A stretch of DNA of 64,000 nt from Tubiluchus corallicola (GCA_030141605.1 JAQGDQ010000103.1:62001-126000); one strand, 5' to 3'; counted from the stretch's first letter, positions 24,501-39,084 are shown. The notes: generated by a model not told the origin, from the letters alone. Numbers and translations: made by a program.

Positions 24501-27500
24501 CAGCGGAATCCATACAGTATAGAACATCTCTGTTGTTTCCCGTACTGAATGCGTGTCATTAAACTCTTCCTCTTATGGAGTTCCAGTTTGGTTGCTTAAC
24601 GTCATTATCCAGTGCAGTACCGTCTAGAGGAGTCAATTATCATTTGTTGGAGACATAGGAGCTGATGGTTTTGGCAGACGTGTCCTGGAAGCCATATTGG
24701 ATACGTGGTAGGAAACGTGGTACGATATTCGGGAGAATACGTGGTAGGAGCATTGCTGACTCCCTGGACAGTTATGCTGGGCCCAGCCATCGCAAAGTTG
24801 AGTAAAAAAGTGTTAAATTTTATTAGATTTATTCAGTTGATTTTTTTAAACATTCGAAGTGACTATGTGAACCATTTCTCTATTGCTACGTTAACCATTA
24901 TTGCGTTTCAACGTGTTTGTTTACCCAAGAACTTTATACGCCGGCATAGTTATTTTTATGAGAATCGAAAATAATTCAATGTCCTCTTTATTATTATTAT
25001 TAAAAGTCCTGGGTAATTGTATTCCTAGAGAATTAAGGTAAAAACCTAAAGCGTTATTCACACTGTCTACACGGACTCATGTGCTAATTTTTACTATATT
25101 TTGGTCAATCAAGATATAACTTGTGAAAGCGGGACTGCTTGGCAAAACATCCTAACAACAAGTTAACATTTTCTTAGACACGCTGTCACAGCCTGCATTT
25201 AGTCGCACAAAACGTGTTGTACCTGTCAATTTTGTCCGAACTGACGTACCGCAGGCGTTGGACAGCTCATGCGTGAGCACAGCGGTAAATTTGAAACTTA
25301 AATTTTTATCTTAAAACTTGCCTAATTTTAGTACAACTCACCGAATATCTTATAGTAGCGCTGTACTTCAATTTTCGCTTTTACAAACACGTGCAACACG
25401 CTCATGGAATATTTTTGCTGTTGAAAATTATGTTCGTTTGTAAAGTTGATCAATAGTTGGGCTCGCCAACCGTCATTGTAAATATCATCAATGTAAAAAT
25501 TGAAATCTACTTATAACAGTGTATTGAATTATGTTATCATGAAATTTGATCATAATTGTGTACGTTATAATCCATATTGCCAGTGGCGGCTTGTAGCTGA
25601 AATTACTGGGAGTGTTGCAAAATTAAACATTTTTAGCCATTGTTTTAATACCTTGAAAAATAAAACAAACATATGTAATTTTAATGTTGTAATTGTAATT
25701 TTAAACAAACAAACTAATTTATACATAAACTTGATAAAATCCTAAATAAAAAATATTGTTTTCTTACGAATAGCCTAAATTGTCGCAGTTCAAGAATATG
25801 TCGGTACACGGTAGTTAAACACGTGAAAACTGACAACAAACTGTGTGAGCGACAGTACTTTCACTACCAAATATGCAACGTCTTATCTCAGACATGTGCA
25901 CATGGCCAAACACCGCGTTGCTGGAGCTGTGAGCGCACTGTGCTTGGGCTGTGAAGCAAAAACAGTAGTACCCTCACGTGCTCTGTACAGGTATAAAGAA
26001 AGAACTAAAGAAAAATGACTTATTATGTTGGATATTATCGATAATAATGAGTGAAAGGAGGGGGTGCTGCAGTTCCATAGTACCTATACACGAGCGGCCA
26101 CTGCATATTGCACCACTCTTTCAGACTAATTCACACTTCTGTTTTGTACAGTGCTTGTTATAGATGCCGCAGAAACTAGACAAATACTATGTGATGGGTA
26201 ACGATGAATCAGAATATAAGCATACCTTCTTTTTTGCGTAATTGAACTCTCGCATTCTATCCAATAGCAAATCATTAGAAGAATTTGAATTGAAGGGGTA
26301 AATGTAGACATACATACCACTGTAAATCATATCATAGATTTTTTTAAGAGCACGAGTGATTCGTTGAACCGCTAAGCAAACTTGGCTGATTTTTAGCTCA
26401 TTTATTTGATGAGATAATTTCCGCACATCTCTCAGGTATTTGTGCTGGTGGAAACTCTCCAGCAGCTATTTTAATTTTTTAATTTTGCTGGCATACTTCT
26501 TTGGGTTTTTTAACTACCAGAAAATTTACATTGTAGTTCCTTACAGGGTCGTACAAGTAATAAGTGTACCGAAAATCTAAATGAAGATAGTAACTAGCGA
26601 AATTTAGCGAAAAATTGAAAAATGACAAAATAATAGTAATTAGCAATTAATCAAATGAACTGGAGAAACGATCGTAAGCAGATTCCGACATAGTATTAAG
26701 CATTTAAAGACACAAAATTTTGGAAAGATAAACTAATTTTGATTTAACAAAAATCAGCAGTAGATCGCATATAAAAAACTCACAGTTGGCACTGCATGGC
26801 AATTAGCACAAAGAGTAATCATAATCATAATCTTTTTTTAATTATCTTGCAATACGCTCACACATATAATACAAATCATACTTTCAAAAACATTTTGTGA
26901 ACAAAGGGCAGCGAGAAACCATTTGGTTATCTAGTTAGTTGTCTTTTGCTTAGTAATGGTCATTTTTACTGGTGCTGTGTGATTAGTGTTGGTAAAGCTT
27001 ATGGTTAGAATTTAATTCCTACAAGTGACATGAAAAAAAATACAATCAATTTACTATTACTTACTGTTTAGTGACCTTAGTGAACTATAGATTCATCACA
27101 CAAAGACAAAAGTATCTCGAAATTTAATACTTATCAAGAAATGTACAGGTACGACAGACTATAATTACGAATGAAAAACAAGATAACAGCATGCCTGAAA
27201 GGGTGGTGGTACAGGTAGGTAAAATTATAGTCTCAAAGTATGGCAGAGAGGTACTGTTGCATATATAGAAATAATTGGCTATTGACTACTGATTAATTGT
27301 TGAATTTATAACATATTTCAGAAATAATGTCTATATAGCGTGTTATTTGGATGAATGACAGGGGATTTTGGACGAATTTATGCGTTAATACGGCCCTGCA
27401 TATGGCAAAATTCAGAATGATGTACGTACAACAGAAAGAACTCTGCTAGCTGATGCTCAGGAAAAACACTATAAATAAGGTAAATCTGTAAAACACAAAA

Positions 27501-27956
27501 ATTTCGTTTGTACGGAAAAAAAGCTTTTTTATTCTGCGAAGACAAAAGCCATCATTGCTGCTCTTCTTCAAAGGTCTTTATAAAAACACAAAAGAACTCC
27601 ATTTCCTCGCTGTTCAGTCGCCTTTGACTTCTTTTTTGTTCTGACTTGTTTCCTTTTCGTAAATGAAACACGCAAATCTTTTTCTTTTCATGTCAGAAAG
27701 TCAGTCCATCTGTCAGATGCAGTTGGTTAATAACACGCGGGTTTGATTGTGTGGACGACAAGGCGTTAATGCTTGATAGATGTATTTTTGTCCCTGCAAT
27801 ATTACTGACGCCAATTTTGAGCTGCTGTTGAATCTCCTCGGCTTAACAACATGACAAGCATCCATTTATTCATGGGGGAGGGGAAGGCGGGAGAAGGGAC
27901 ACTGATTTCTTCTGTTTTTTTCCCTGTGCCTCTGTAAGAGCTGTAGTCGTACATAG

Positions 27957-28045
<89 letters not shown>
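27957..28045. repeat. (TA)n(TG)n microsatellite
   Basis: Direct reading. Confidence 0.98.
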
Positions 28046-28047
<2 letters not shown>

Positions 28048-28425
28048 CTATCCCACCTGTCTACGTTTATAAACGCAGATCCTACAGGAAAGTTGAGATG
28101 ATCATGTAATGGTTCCCCTTTTCTGGAACAGCCTGCTTCATTAAATGTTACAGGCTTTGAGGAACAAGTCACGTAATCAGGTGGTCATTATAGTTCGCGG
28201 ATGAATTCACAATCGAAATTGTTTTTTAATATTTTTCGTCGTGCAATCAACAATTACTGCTAATGTTTCTGTATAGTGATGTTCTCTGAGAAAAACACCA
28301 CACATTACTGGGGAAAAAGTCTCACAAAAAATCGCAACCAAATGCAATATATACCTGACACCCTCGGCAAACTGAATTAGTGCAAAGCAAACATTTTATA
28401 AAGAAAATTAGTTAACATGTACAAC

Positions 28426-28893
28426 TAGGGTTATCACCACTCCTGATTTGACCCGGAGTCTCCTGAAATTCAGCCACAGATCCATAGTTCGGACGGATTT
28501 TTTTGAGAAATTCTGAAATCTCCTGATTTCCACAATCACATTTAAATATTTAAGTAAAGAATACCGAAATTCAACTTGCACTCTGATTTACGTAGGTTAA
28601 GCAAAAAAAAAAAAACAAAAAAACAGCGGATTCTCTGTTAAAATAACAGTAAAATTATTAAATTAAGTTTAGTTCTGCTGTAAAGCTTTGTCTTGTCATC
28701 CTCTCTATCTTTTCGCCAATTTTTACTACAGCAGCAAGTGCAATGCAAGTATTCTTTGACCATTTGTTCACTTTGCTTGAGCCAATTTGGTCTTACCGGT
28801 CTTAAAAACAGTGATAGGTCAGTTTGAAGCACTACCACCAGTCCCCCTAACTGATTTCTCCTGATTTCGATTCGTGAGGCGGTGACAACCCTA
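28426..28893. mobile_element. hAT-type MITE
   Basis: TIR TAGGGTTATCACC / GGTGACAACCCTA. Perfect 8-bp TSD TGTACAAC (28418-28425, 28894-28901). Subterminal CTCCTGATTT repeats. Confidence 0.9.
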
Positions 28894-31800
28894 TGTACAA
28901 CACTAAGCGCAAAACTGTCCAAGAACAAAAAAGTTACGTTCTTTGTACACCACAAACAATTTGACCAAGTAATATAAATTAAGGAAGACCAGATTTATAA
29001 GAAAAGCACATAGTTAATAATTTTAACAGCAACCGCATTTTTTAATCAACGTCCGTAAGAGACGCATGGGCTAATACACGGTAAACAATGTATGAGAAAG
29101 ATATACAAAATCACTACGAATTTTGACAAAGAAATTAAATAGAAGTTCACTGAAATTTTTTAATCACATTTTGTTTGCTTCCGTTGCATGCGGCACTGAT
29201 TTTGTGAATTGAACCTCATGTGTAGTATGCAAGAAACGTCTTACTAACTTAGCGTATCGGTAAAGTAAATGTAGTAGTACACCAGACATTGAAGATACTA
29301 AAAGATACTCCATGCAAACCTTGAAATCTTATAACACACCACAAGAACTTGCTGAAAGGGGCTTTTAAAAGGAATTTTTTATCTGAAAAATCGACGAAAA
29401 TGGTTCTACAACAAGAATTTTAGTTAATGTTTATTTAAGTTTTGTTTTTATTTCTGCCTACTGATTGTAACGACCAGCTTAGCATATATCTCTGTATTTG
29501 TAACAAGATTTAGTTATTACTAAATTAATTTCGTTGTAGAATGAGATATGTTTTTCTGGCCAATGTAAACTTTACGGTAGTATACATAATTTTAGTTTGG
29601 GCTGTACAAAATTGTTGTTTATAGCTGTTCAATGTATAAACCAGGTGTTACACTTTAGTTATGCGCATAGGTCAAAACTAGGGTAAACTCGTCGAACGGA
29701 TATGCAACTACAGGTTATCCTGCTATAGTGTTATTGAAGCCAGACTATTAGACAACCGGCTTTAGAGGTCTTTACACAGATGTGTAGAGAACGACGTGGC
29801 TCTTTGCAAGAGAGACTTGCGGGCAGATATAATGCTGGACAGTTTTTTTTAACATATGTGTTGCCTCTTTGCATATAAATCGTGCAACTTTAGCTGGCTC
29901 TACCTAACGCTAATGTTTAGTGAAAGTTCCAACTACGTGTTAGTGACTATTTGTGTGGGCAGTTCTAGTATCAAGCCCAGTTCACCATTCGTTTACATCA
30001 AGTTACATTGTGACATCTGACGTGAAAAACCAAACTACTGGTCTACCAACGCAGGACGCTTCCGGGAATGACACCCATCTGCTTATGACTTCGCAGTTCA
30101 GCTATGCTCTAAACACCCGGGTGTGCACACCGATGTTGTGGATCCGCCACCTTCGTCGTCGTGCTACCGCCGATAAGTACTGCTGACGTATACTTTCATT
30201 GATGCTGAGACTGTAAGTGATAAATTCTCGTTTCTTTTGTTTAACTACTAGGCCACCGCCTGTTGCTTCCTTTTGTACAACGATACTTGATTGGACTGGC
30301 AGTGGCTGGTAAAACAAAGACTCAGTTGAAAGTGCTGATAGCTTACATTACAACCTCGTGTGGATGGAGCTTTACTTTATGAACTTACTATTAACAAGCA
30401 TTGGTGAACTATTAGATTATATTTTTTCGTTAGCCAAAAGTAATTTTTGAGTATTGTTTGTAGCATCTGAAAGTATTTCCAGCCCGTAAATTTTGAGTTG
30501 TGTAGCAACACATGTTTATTGAACTGGTACCCGGGTACAAATTAACTGCTGGCACTTGGTTTGAACTAATTTTATATCATCAACATTTATGAATATTAAA
30601 GGGTTATCTTATCATAAAACTGCATAAAATTAGTTTCACGTTTTGTGTTCTAGGAATATGTTGAGTAAAAACTGAGTAGTATGACACACGCTACCAAACA
30701 ATAAGAGCGCTGATTGCTCATACTTGATTGTGAGATCCGCCCCACATTACACTGATTCCTTTAACAAGTAACACATCAGCATTGTCAGTTTAAGTCATTT
30801 TACTCCATTTTTTATTTGTCTTGTTTTTATGTTGCAAATAATACAATAAGCCTTTTCTTAGTTCCACCGATTTGTGATGCGCGTGAAAAGGTCAAATGTT
30901 ACGTGTGCCAGACAACACATTTGTGCACACTTGACAACACCTCGCAGCACAAGCTGTTGTAACAGAAACAGTTTTAACAGCTAGCTTTAGCCTTACCGAG
31001 TTACCCAGCTCCTGTAGTTAAGACGCGTTGCTGTGGTACACTTAACCTTTGACCAAGAGCAACTGCGCGTGCGCACAACGAAACTGTGAAGGCTTGTTTT
31101 GCACTAATACGCGCTCCTACACACAGCATGTCTTCAAAAACTTGGAATAAACCTGCTGTTACTATATTTTCTTAATTTATTTGGTAAGGTTTCTTTTTAG
31201 CACTTTGTTTAAGAATTTTGAGATTCAAGACTAGAGAGCAGAAAAGTGGGAGGAAAAAACAAGAATTTTCAACTATGACTCAATCATGACCTCTTTGAGC
31301 AGTTATATTATATCGTGCATGTAAGCTATTTTTATTTTCTGCTGATTTTTTTAACAATTTTGTTCTGCTAGCGCTTTGGTGGGGCACGAATTATGGATGA
31401 GCGACCAAGCGTCAATGTCAGAAATTGACAATGTCCATTTTTGTTGGCAGTCGTTTTAAAAAAAGCCTTCGTTTATTGATAAACAACATCGCTTTTAATA
31501 AACAATTAACGACATTTTAATAACATAATTATACGGAGTTTATTTTTGTTACAAGAATGAAGGCCTACAGGAATTATCAGCAATAACCGTGTGCAACAAA
31601 ACAGCTTCAAAATAAATCAAAAACTTACTCAATTAACAAACGAAAAACGGTCTTTACACAGGAAGAGGGAATGCATGATGCAAAGAATTCCCCTTCAACA
31701 ATAAACATTTCAATAAGAAAATTATTGGATTTGCATTGTCACATGTGTAAACGTTGCCTACAAATCTACAATATTGTGTATTGTCACAATAAGCCTTTTC

Positions 31801-32674
31801 ACAGTTCCAGCGATTGTTGATGATCGTAAAAATGTCAAATCTTAAGTGTACTAGACAACGCGTTTGTGTACACTTTCGCATCCCGTGATGTTGTAGTAGT
31901 AACAGTTTTAACAGCTAGCTAGAACCTTACCTAGTCTATTTTTTCTTGTTCCTAAGCAAGATCCTTCTAGTAAATCACTCCACGCACTATCCAAGTTAAT
32001 GCATAATTAGGTAAAGTCCACATAAAACAACTGAAGTTACTGAACTGATGAGGCAGACTGCTTTGCTTCACCCACATGTAAAGTGACGGTTGTAGTTAAG
32101 ACACATTGCTGTGGTACACTTAACCCTTAATCTATAGCAACTGCGCGTGCGCAAAACGAAACTGTGAAAAGACTCACTCATAAAAAGAAAAAGTAGTTCA
32201 CAATTAATTACAAGGATGCCTGTGAGTTCAGCCTAAAATAATATAACTTGTATTTTTCTGTAATATAAGTTGTATTTCTCTGGTAATGACAGCTCGTAGT
32301 GACAGTTGAAACAGTTTAGTTTCTTACAATATTACGTTTCTAAAATTATGATAAAGTTGTCTTTATAAATGCAGAATTCCTGATATTTAGCTGAACCGTA
32401 CAGTGCTGTACGAAAAATAAAGTTAGCAGTCACAGATATAAAATAAATAAATAGTAGTAAAATACTAAAAAAGTACGCAGTGTCAGCAAACTTCGACTAC
32501 TGCAGTATACAGAGTTCCTCAAGGGTGATTTTGGGCCCACATTGTGTACTTAATGCACGTGTAATGGTATGAAAACCACTTTCAAAAATATCACTTGTAC
32601 AGGGTTTAATAACTATTAAAAACACACATATGCTGTCAGGCATTCAGCGAATTATCAAGCTTAGCGTGACTATA

Positions 32675-33227
32675 CAGAATGTCTCAGGGTCACTGCACAT
32701 TTTATATTTTTTATATTTTTAACAAGAAAACAAAATGTTTGAAAATTGCTGAAGATCAACTAAAACCTTTGAACAATTCTTTTGTTCAAACTAGATGAAA
32801 ATCAGAAAAGAACTACTGCACTATTATGCTTCGCTATTTTCGCTATCGTCTTTATGGATTTCAAGAGCTTCAGAGACCAATATTGCCGGGCATCTTGTCT
32901 TGAGAGTCTCTTGCAGCCTATGAGTGATGAGGAAGGGCCACACGTTGTCGAAAATAGAACATTGCTAATAGTGACAGGACAGTGTACTCCATATGGTGCT
33001 CTGGATTTTTACTGAACTTCAGTAGGTGATCGAAGGACTTCATGCTAGGCTGATTTTGCATCTTTTTTCTAACGTTACTGTAGTCATCACAGCAATGGGG
33101 CTCCAATCAAAAAATGAATTTAAAACTTGTCAAAGGCCGATTTTTGATTCGTGTAAAAATTGGTTGAGATCGGAGAAAAATTTAAAAATTAGGAATCAAG
33201 GTCTATAATGACTTCTGAGACACCCTG
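32675..33227. mobile_element. Tc1/mariner-type MITE
   Basis: TA|CAGAATGTCTCAG ... CTGAGACACCCTG|TA. Confidence 0.55.
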
Positions 33228-36061
33228 TATTTATTAAAAAATTTCATATATCCTTTATCTTTGCATGTAGCCCAGAGGTAGCTCATAGCAAAAGAACTTA
33301 ATAACTACGTTGAATATAGAATTAAAACGAGCAGAGCAATGTACAACAAAATGGCGCATATACAATTAAACTATTTTCACATTTAACAATATTAATATTA
33401 CTTCGTCACAGCAATAATTAATGTTAACATTATAAGAGTAAATGTTATACTGTTAAATATTATAACCAAACTTTGTCAAGGCACGAGTGAGTTTCGATAT
33501 TTTTAAATTAAACTGCTTGCTACTAAAGATCAGTACAAATATTACATTTAAACCATAAAGAATAAAGACATTTTTACAACCCAAATTTTATGACATTGCT
33601 GTTTAACGAGTTTACAGACTGAAAAGACTTTTTAGGAGTCGAACACTCGGAATCACCCTGGCTGTTCTTGTTGTATGACTGATTGATTAATTGCACGCAT
33701 GCGCAGTTACAATTGTACGTTTCACTCATAAACAACGCATTTTGCCGCCTGGATCTTGTTACATCACAATTTATCGAAGCATTTATTATTAAAATAACAC
33801 AACTTTTATTAAAAACTTTAACTTACAACTCTTTAAAAATATGTCCAAACGTTTTGACAGCAATAAGCTGTCATCATCACCGGTACACTATACGAACAAC
33901 ATACCAGTTTATATAGGCAGAGCCTACAGTACAGAAAATTATGTTTTTGCAAAAAAGCCAAAGTAATGAATAAACAGACCCGTAGAAAAAAGATATCAGT
34001 ACAGTAACAGATAGCTAAGCGTTTGAAAATAAAGTTAAAGGAATGGAACTATTTTGCACGCTAGGAGAAGGCTTATTAGGGTACACAGATAAACTTTCTT
34101 TTATTAATAAGTTCCAATTATTTGGTCACAATGCTGAAATTATTAAAATCATCCTTGTGGCAAGAGGCACAAATATGGTCGCTAATGATTGATTGAGGAG
34201 AATTTTTTATTTGGATTTATTAACAAAAGAGAGTTCATCTATGTACCCTAATAAGCCTTTTCCTAATGTGCAAAGTACTAACTTTATTTTCAAACACTTA
34301 GCCATTTATTACTGTATCTATTTCTCGTCTTTAAAGAGTATCTATGTTTTTAAAGAGTTGGAAATTAAAGTTTTTAATAAAAGTCGTGTTGTTTTAATAA
34401 TAAATGCTTTGAAGTGCGTGTATAAACTGACTTGGATTATTCACAATTTATCAAGCTCTACAATTGAAATTAGTAAGAACCCTGTGGACTGCAAAATATG
34501 ACTTTGGTAGTAACTTGAATAGTTTGAAGTAAGTTACAGAAAGAAGACAACATGCCAGTGGAAAAGACTTTTACCTTTGTTGGTCTTGTGCTTACGTTTC
34601 ATAAAAAATGTTTTTATAAATTGTGATTGAGTGATTTAGTAACTGAAATCGCACCAGTAAAATGAATCAGTAACAAATCACTGGTCAAACCATAGTCTTA
34701 GTTTCCTATTCCACAATATTAGGCAATGTCCCGCAGCAGGCCTACTCTGTAGGCAATTCTTTGACTCAACTAAAATTTTACTTATTACTCACAATACCAG
34801 ACTATTATTTGACTCGAATCAAATTCTTACTTCCCTACGATAAGCCTTTTCACAGTTACAGCAATTGACGATGATAGTGAAAAGGCCGTGAACCTTACCT
34901 AGTTCATTTTTTTGTTCCCAAGCACGATCCTGCTAGAAAATCACTGAAGCATAGACTAATGCATAATTAAGGAAAGTTCATGTAAACAACGGCTTTTGTT
35001 CACACAGAAGTCACATGACGGTTGTACGTGCGCACAACGAAACTATAAATAAAAGTTAATCAAGCTTTGAGTATCTAGTGTTACAACGTCTATGGTTGTA
35101 TCTATGGTTGCATGAAAAGGGATACATTCTTCGTGGAAAATTTTTTCGCAGATGATTTGCCGTGGCATTCACTGTTAGACGCCTTCAGTGAGGTGGTGGT
35201 AATAAAATTATGATATAGCTCTAAATTACTAAAACTTTATAAATCAAGTATAGTAAGGTAAAAAACTTGCTTTGTTCCATGACCTTGCTTAAGAACTTCG
35301 CATATAACGTTACCATTTTTATTGAGTTTCCATGGCAAAATGTAAGGGTACGCGTATGTGCACGTGACATGCTAAGTGTGACAGCATAACATTGTACAAT
35401 ATACACCATTTACATACATCGCCATTTTGAGCATAAACAAACATTGTGCATGCCATGCTGTAGCAGCTCATTGTCCATCTACAGGGAGTAGGTGCGTCAC
35501 TCACTATAGGGCAATTATATCCGGGTCTTCAGGCCGGCCCAGCGTGTTGCCATTCAATGTACAGTACTCCCTGTCCCTTAAAAAAGAAAAGGGCTGCATT
35601 ACACAAGAAACCGATAGAAACATTCATGTCAAGACGAAATAAACAGAATTTAGACAAGCCTTGAATAAATAGTAGTTTAGACATCACAGTAAAAAAACAG
35701 TTGTTTTAGTTGCCATAGTTAACGAGTGTTACACAGAAATCAATGTGTTTCTGCGTAGCACTGAGATAGAAAACATTTACTTCTTTTAATAAATAATATC
35801 TAGTAATTATTTTAAAAATAAAATGTCTCACATTCAAAAAATAAAATAACAGAACTCAATTCGGTGTCAAAAGAGCACCACAATATTTTCAGAAAGTGCA
35901 GTAATTACCAGCAGAAAATGACGTCAGTTTAATTACAAGGAATTCTCACATTTTGCCCAATGAACAAAAATTGACATTAAAGCTTTGTTAACACATGGAG
36001 GAAGTAGAATAAAACTCTTACCTCCATGGTGAACAATTTGCTTGCGTTGGTGACAATAATT

Positions 36062-37291
36062 TTACAGTGCAGTTTCAGTCGGTCGAGGAACATGTGTACT
36101 AGGACCGTTAAGATAGGTATACCTTGTGCTGTTAATAGCACTGCGCTTGGCAGCATCGCCACACATAAACAGTTGCTTGAACGTGTTGCGAAACTGCTTG
36201 CTCATGCCGCAGTAGATGAAAAAGTTGATCGGATAGCTGAGTATGATAAGAAAAGCTGTGGTCAGCGATACAATGTTCATGTCTCTGTAGCTGACCAGTT
36301 TGCTAAGTGGACTAGTTTGTGGTACGACACTCTGCAGGATGTGTATTATGAACACGACTCCCGTAGGAATTTCCACGATGAGAAACACGGTGACGACCAC
36401 AATCAACATGGCCGTCGTGCAGTTTGTGTCGCGAAGCTTCTTCGACTCTGAGCACTTGTTTTCCTGCAGGAGTTTCTTCCTTCGCTGTTGAGCCTTCCTC
36501 ATGGCATTCAGTAAACACCCGTTGAGGATCACCAGCGTCGTGCATGGTATGAAATGCACAAAAACCGTCCGAAACCAAAAGTGCAAAATGAAGCCCCACG
36601 GATCGGCCCAGGGAGCAAAGTGTCGTATGCAGTGATTCACCATTTGATTCTCCGTATACCAGGCTCCCGGGTGTGGCTTGAACGGATCATTCTGGTGTGT
36701 AGGCAGAGGCCATGGCACAGTCTCTAGGCTGAAGGTCGTGTCAAAAAATCTTGGTATGACGTATAAGAAACTGATTATATATATCAGCGAAATTCCCCAC
36801 TTAACTCGAGACATGGAACACCAAGTTTTAGCGTACCGTGTTTTACATACAAAAATATAACGCTGTATGGCCAACGTCATCGTCAGCCATATTGAGGCCG
36901 TGTGAAATATAACAGGAATTATCTCTTCCATGATGTAGTAGATTTTACACCATGTCAAGTTTACCGGCTTGTTATAATTGTGAAACGTGTAGTAATACAA
37001 GAACCACGGCAAAGGGAACACTCCAGTCAGGGTATCAGACACGGCCATTGCTGTAAGCAGAGCATTGGTGGCTGTACGCATGTGTTTCTTCAGCAGAACT
37101 AGTACAACCAGCGTGTTGAATACCACGGTAAAGAAAATGAACACGGGACTGATGTAGCCCAGCATTGGAACAGCATACACATTTGGTATGTGGATCGATA
37201 AATAACCTTTGGGCAGCATTGAGACATTGTAGTAAGTCCCGTTGCTTTCCACTAAAAGGGGTGCACTTGTCAGCAATGTTCTGTAAGACAT
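36062..37291 (-). CDS. SPR: Sex peptide / myoinhibitory peptide (allatostatin-B) receptor, class A GPCR, 409 aa, single coding exon
   Basis: Intact ORF with 7 hydrophobic segments and SPR-type motifs: YAVPMLGYISP, NTLVVLVLLKKHMRTATN, FHTASIWLTMTLAIQRYIFVC, FVHFIPC, RDTNCTTAMLIVVVTVFLIVEIP, SYPINFFIYCGMSKQFR. Splice acceptor ttttcag ends at 37349, upstream of the ATG. Confidence 0.92.
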   Translation of the reverse strand: MSYRTLLTSAPLLVESNGTYYNVSMLPKGYLSIHIPNVYAVPMLGYISPVFIFFTVVFNTLVVLVLLKKHMRTATNALLTAMAVSDTLTGVFPLPWFLYYYTFHNYNKPVNLTWCKIYYIMEEIIPVIFHTASIWLTMTLAIQRYIFVCKTRYAKTWCSMSRVKWGISLIYIISFLYVIPRFFDTTFSLETVPWPLPTHQNDPFKPHPGAWYTENQMVNHCIRHFAPWADPWGFILHFWFRTVFVHFIPCTTLVILNGCLLNAMRKAQQRRKKLLQENKCSESKKLRDTNCTTAMLIVVVTVFLIVEIPTGVVFIIHILQSVVPQTSPLSKLVSYRDMNIVSLTTAFLIILSYPINFFIYCGMSKQFRNTFKQLFMCGDAAKRSAINSTRYTYLNGPSTHVPRPTETAL

Positions 37292-37560
37292 GGTGATTTA
37301 GAATGAATACAACATCTCTAGAATTTCATGTCAATGACGTTCACAGATCTGAAAATAGAAAATATGCCTACATGACTAAAACAGAACCAAAATTGAGTAA
37401 ATGGCATTGAAACACCCCTTGAATTTTCTTATCGTACTACCTGGAAAAAGCTGCACACAAATATTTACGGAATCCCAAAAATTACTGGTTCAATATGCTG
37501 TAGTACTAACTGAATAGCTGACTGTCACTTAGAACACGTAGTTTCGAAAAATAATGCCAA

Positions 37561-38429
37561 AAAGAAAATTCTTGTAGTTCTGTGGTCTATGTTACAAAAT
37601 GGTAAACGCAATGTATACATGTTGTCTTGTTTCATATTACATTGACCTTTAGAGCAAAATGAAGGACAAATCATACTAGAAGTTGTCAAACAAGAGATTG
37701 TAGTGCCTTTTTTGGTGTTTGTTTTTGACATTAAAGTCAGTGTAAGATTAACATAACGAACTATTGGGTCTCAACGAACTATAGTAATCTTTGTAACTTA
37801 TTTGCCACGAAACCGAATCAATAAACAGGCTAACTGTGTATTCAAATAATCTGAGAAAAAAATCTGAAGGAAATTTTACATTTTTGTAAAAACGATCTTT
37901 TAAACACTATAGCTAGCAAATGAGTATATGCACTTATTTTTATGTACCTATTTTTATATGTACTTATTTTTATTTCAGTAGTTCTTTGCTGACTAATAGT
38001 CAAGCGAATACACTTTTACGTCTATTTCAGGTTAACTTAAGATTAACTTTTGATGAATGTTGCCATTGTAATACATCTTCTTTTGCTTGACACTGACTTT
38101 AAAGTAAGCATGGAAGTCAACAAATTGCATAACAAGTTAATGGTATAGGTTATGCAATTCAAGGTGACTTCTGCGCTTACATTAAGGTCAAAATCAAGCA
38201 GACGAAGTCGCATTACAAAGGAAACATTCATCGCAAGTTAATCTTACGTTGACTTCAGTGTCGAAAAGAAATGACAAAAAGGATACTACAATATCTTGTT
38301 TAACAACTTCTAGTAGGAGTTATCTTTTAAACTCGGTTGAAGTTCAATGTAGAATGAAACAAGACAACATATATACACTGCTTTTTACTGTTTTGTAACA
38401 GGAATCGCAGTACTGCAAGAATTTTCTTT
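37561..38429. repeat. Diverged inverted repeat (arms about 37561-37751 and 38237-38429), likely an old MITE upstream of the SPR coding exon
   Basis: aaagaaaattcttg...tgttgtcttgtttcat...tactagaagttg...gtaagattaac is mirrored on the other arm. Confidence 0.75.
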
Positions 38430-39084
38430 ACAAAACTGGTTCAGGATATGCTAATTATGCTTTCCCATATAATAATATTAGATGCAACACCTTTAGACAG
38501 CTCTGCATGAAGGAACGAGCGGAAATTATAAATGCATCAGACGATGATAAATTATTCTTGACATCCAGTGATTAACTTTTGGCTTGCCACTAATTGCATT
38601 TGATCCCCCAGAAAATAAGCTTTCAAAATATTTATCAACTGGGTTTGGAGTGATTTTATCTGATTATTTTGCTGCTCATTCTTTGCGGATCTTCTTAGAA
38701 TTCAATATCATTTGCTCAGCGACTCATGGAGGCTTTTCCTCCTTTCATTCAACAATGAACTCGTAAGAAAGAATTTTTTAATTAAAGCTTCTGTGTTCCG
38801 AGTAGCTGAGAAAAATTTAAAAAGCCACAATACGTGACATTTGACGCGTTTATTTAGTGACATTATAGATTTTAATGTCTATCTTTTCATCATGCTTTTT
38901 TTGTGAAGAATTGTGTTGTGGTGCAGTGTGGTGCCAGAAGAAAACAAGAAAAATATGTAATTACGAACTGAATCCTGCATGAACTAAAACCTAACACGCA
39001 TGAGCAAGGAAAGAATATCTGAAACTCTGAACACAAGTTAATTATTTTTTGTGGACAAAGGAAAAATGTATATAAATAAATAAA

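Noticed and set aside
25580-27870. Possible decayed hAT transposase (CAGTGGCGG terminus-like motif, coding-like patches)
   Set aside because: No matching second TIR or TSD found and no recognisable protein motif.
29938-30352. Possible solo LTR (TGTTAG...ATTACA, higher GC)
   Set aside because: Flanks do not form a TSD (CTACG vs ACCTC), and there is no second copy in the window.
32915-32960. Hammerhead/Penelope-like TGATGAG...GAAA motif (also CTGACGA...GAAA near 22793)
   Set aside because: Core is imperfect and I could not build convincing stems.
36026-37102. Plus-strand ORFs overlapping SPR, and similar shadow ORFs over the GT77, BEL and gypsy ORFs
   Set aside because: Antisense or alternate-frame shadows of real coding sequence with no recognisable domains.
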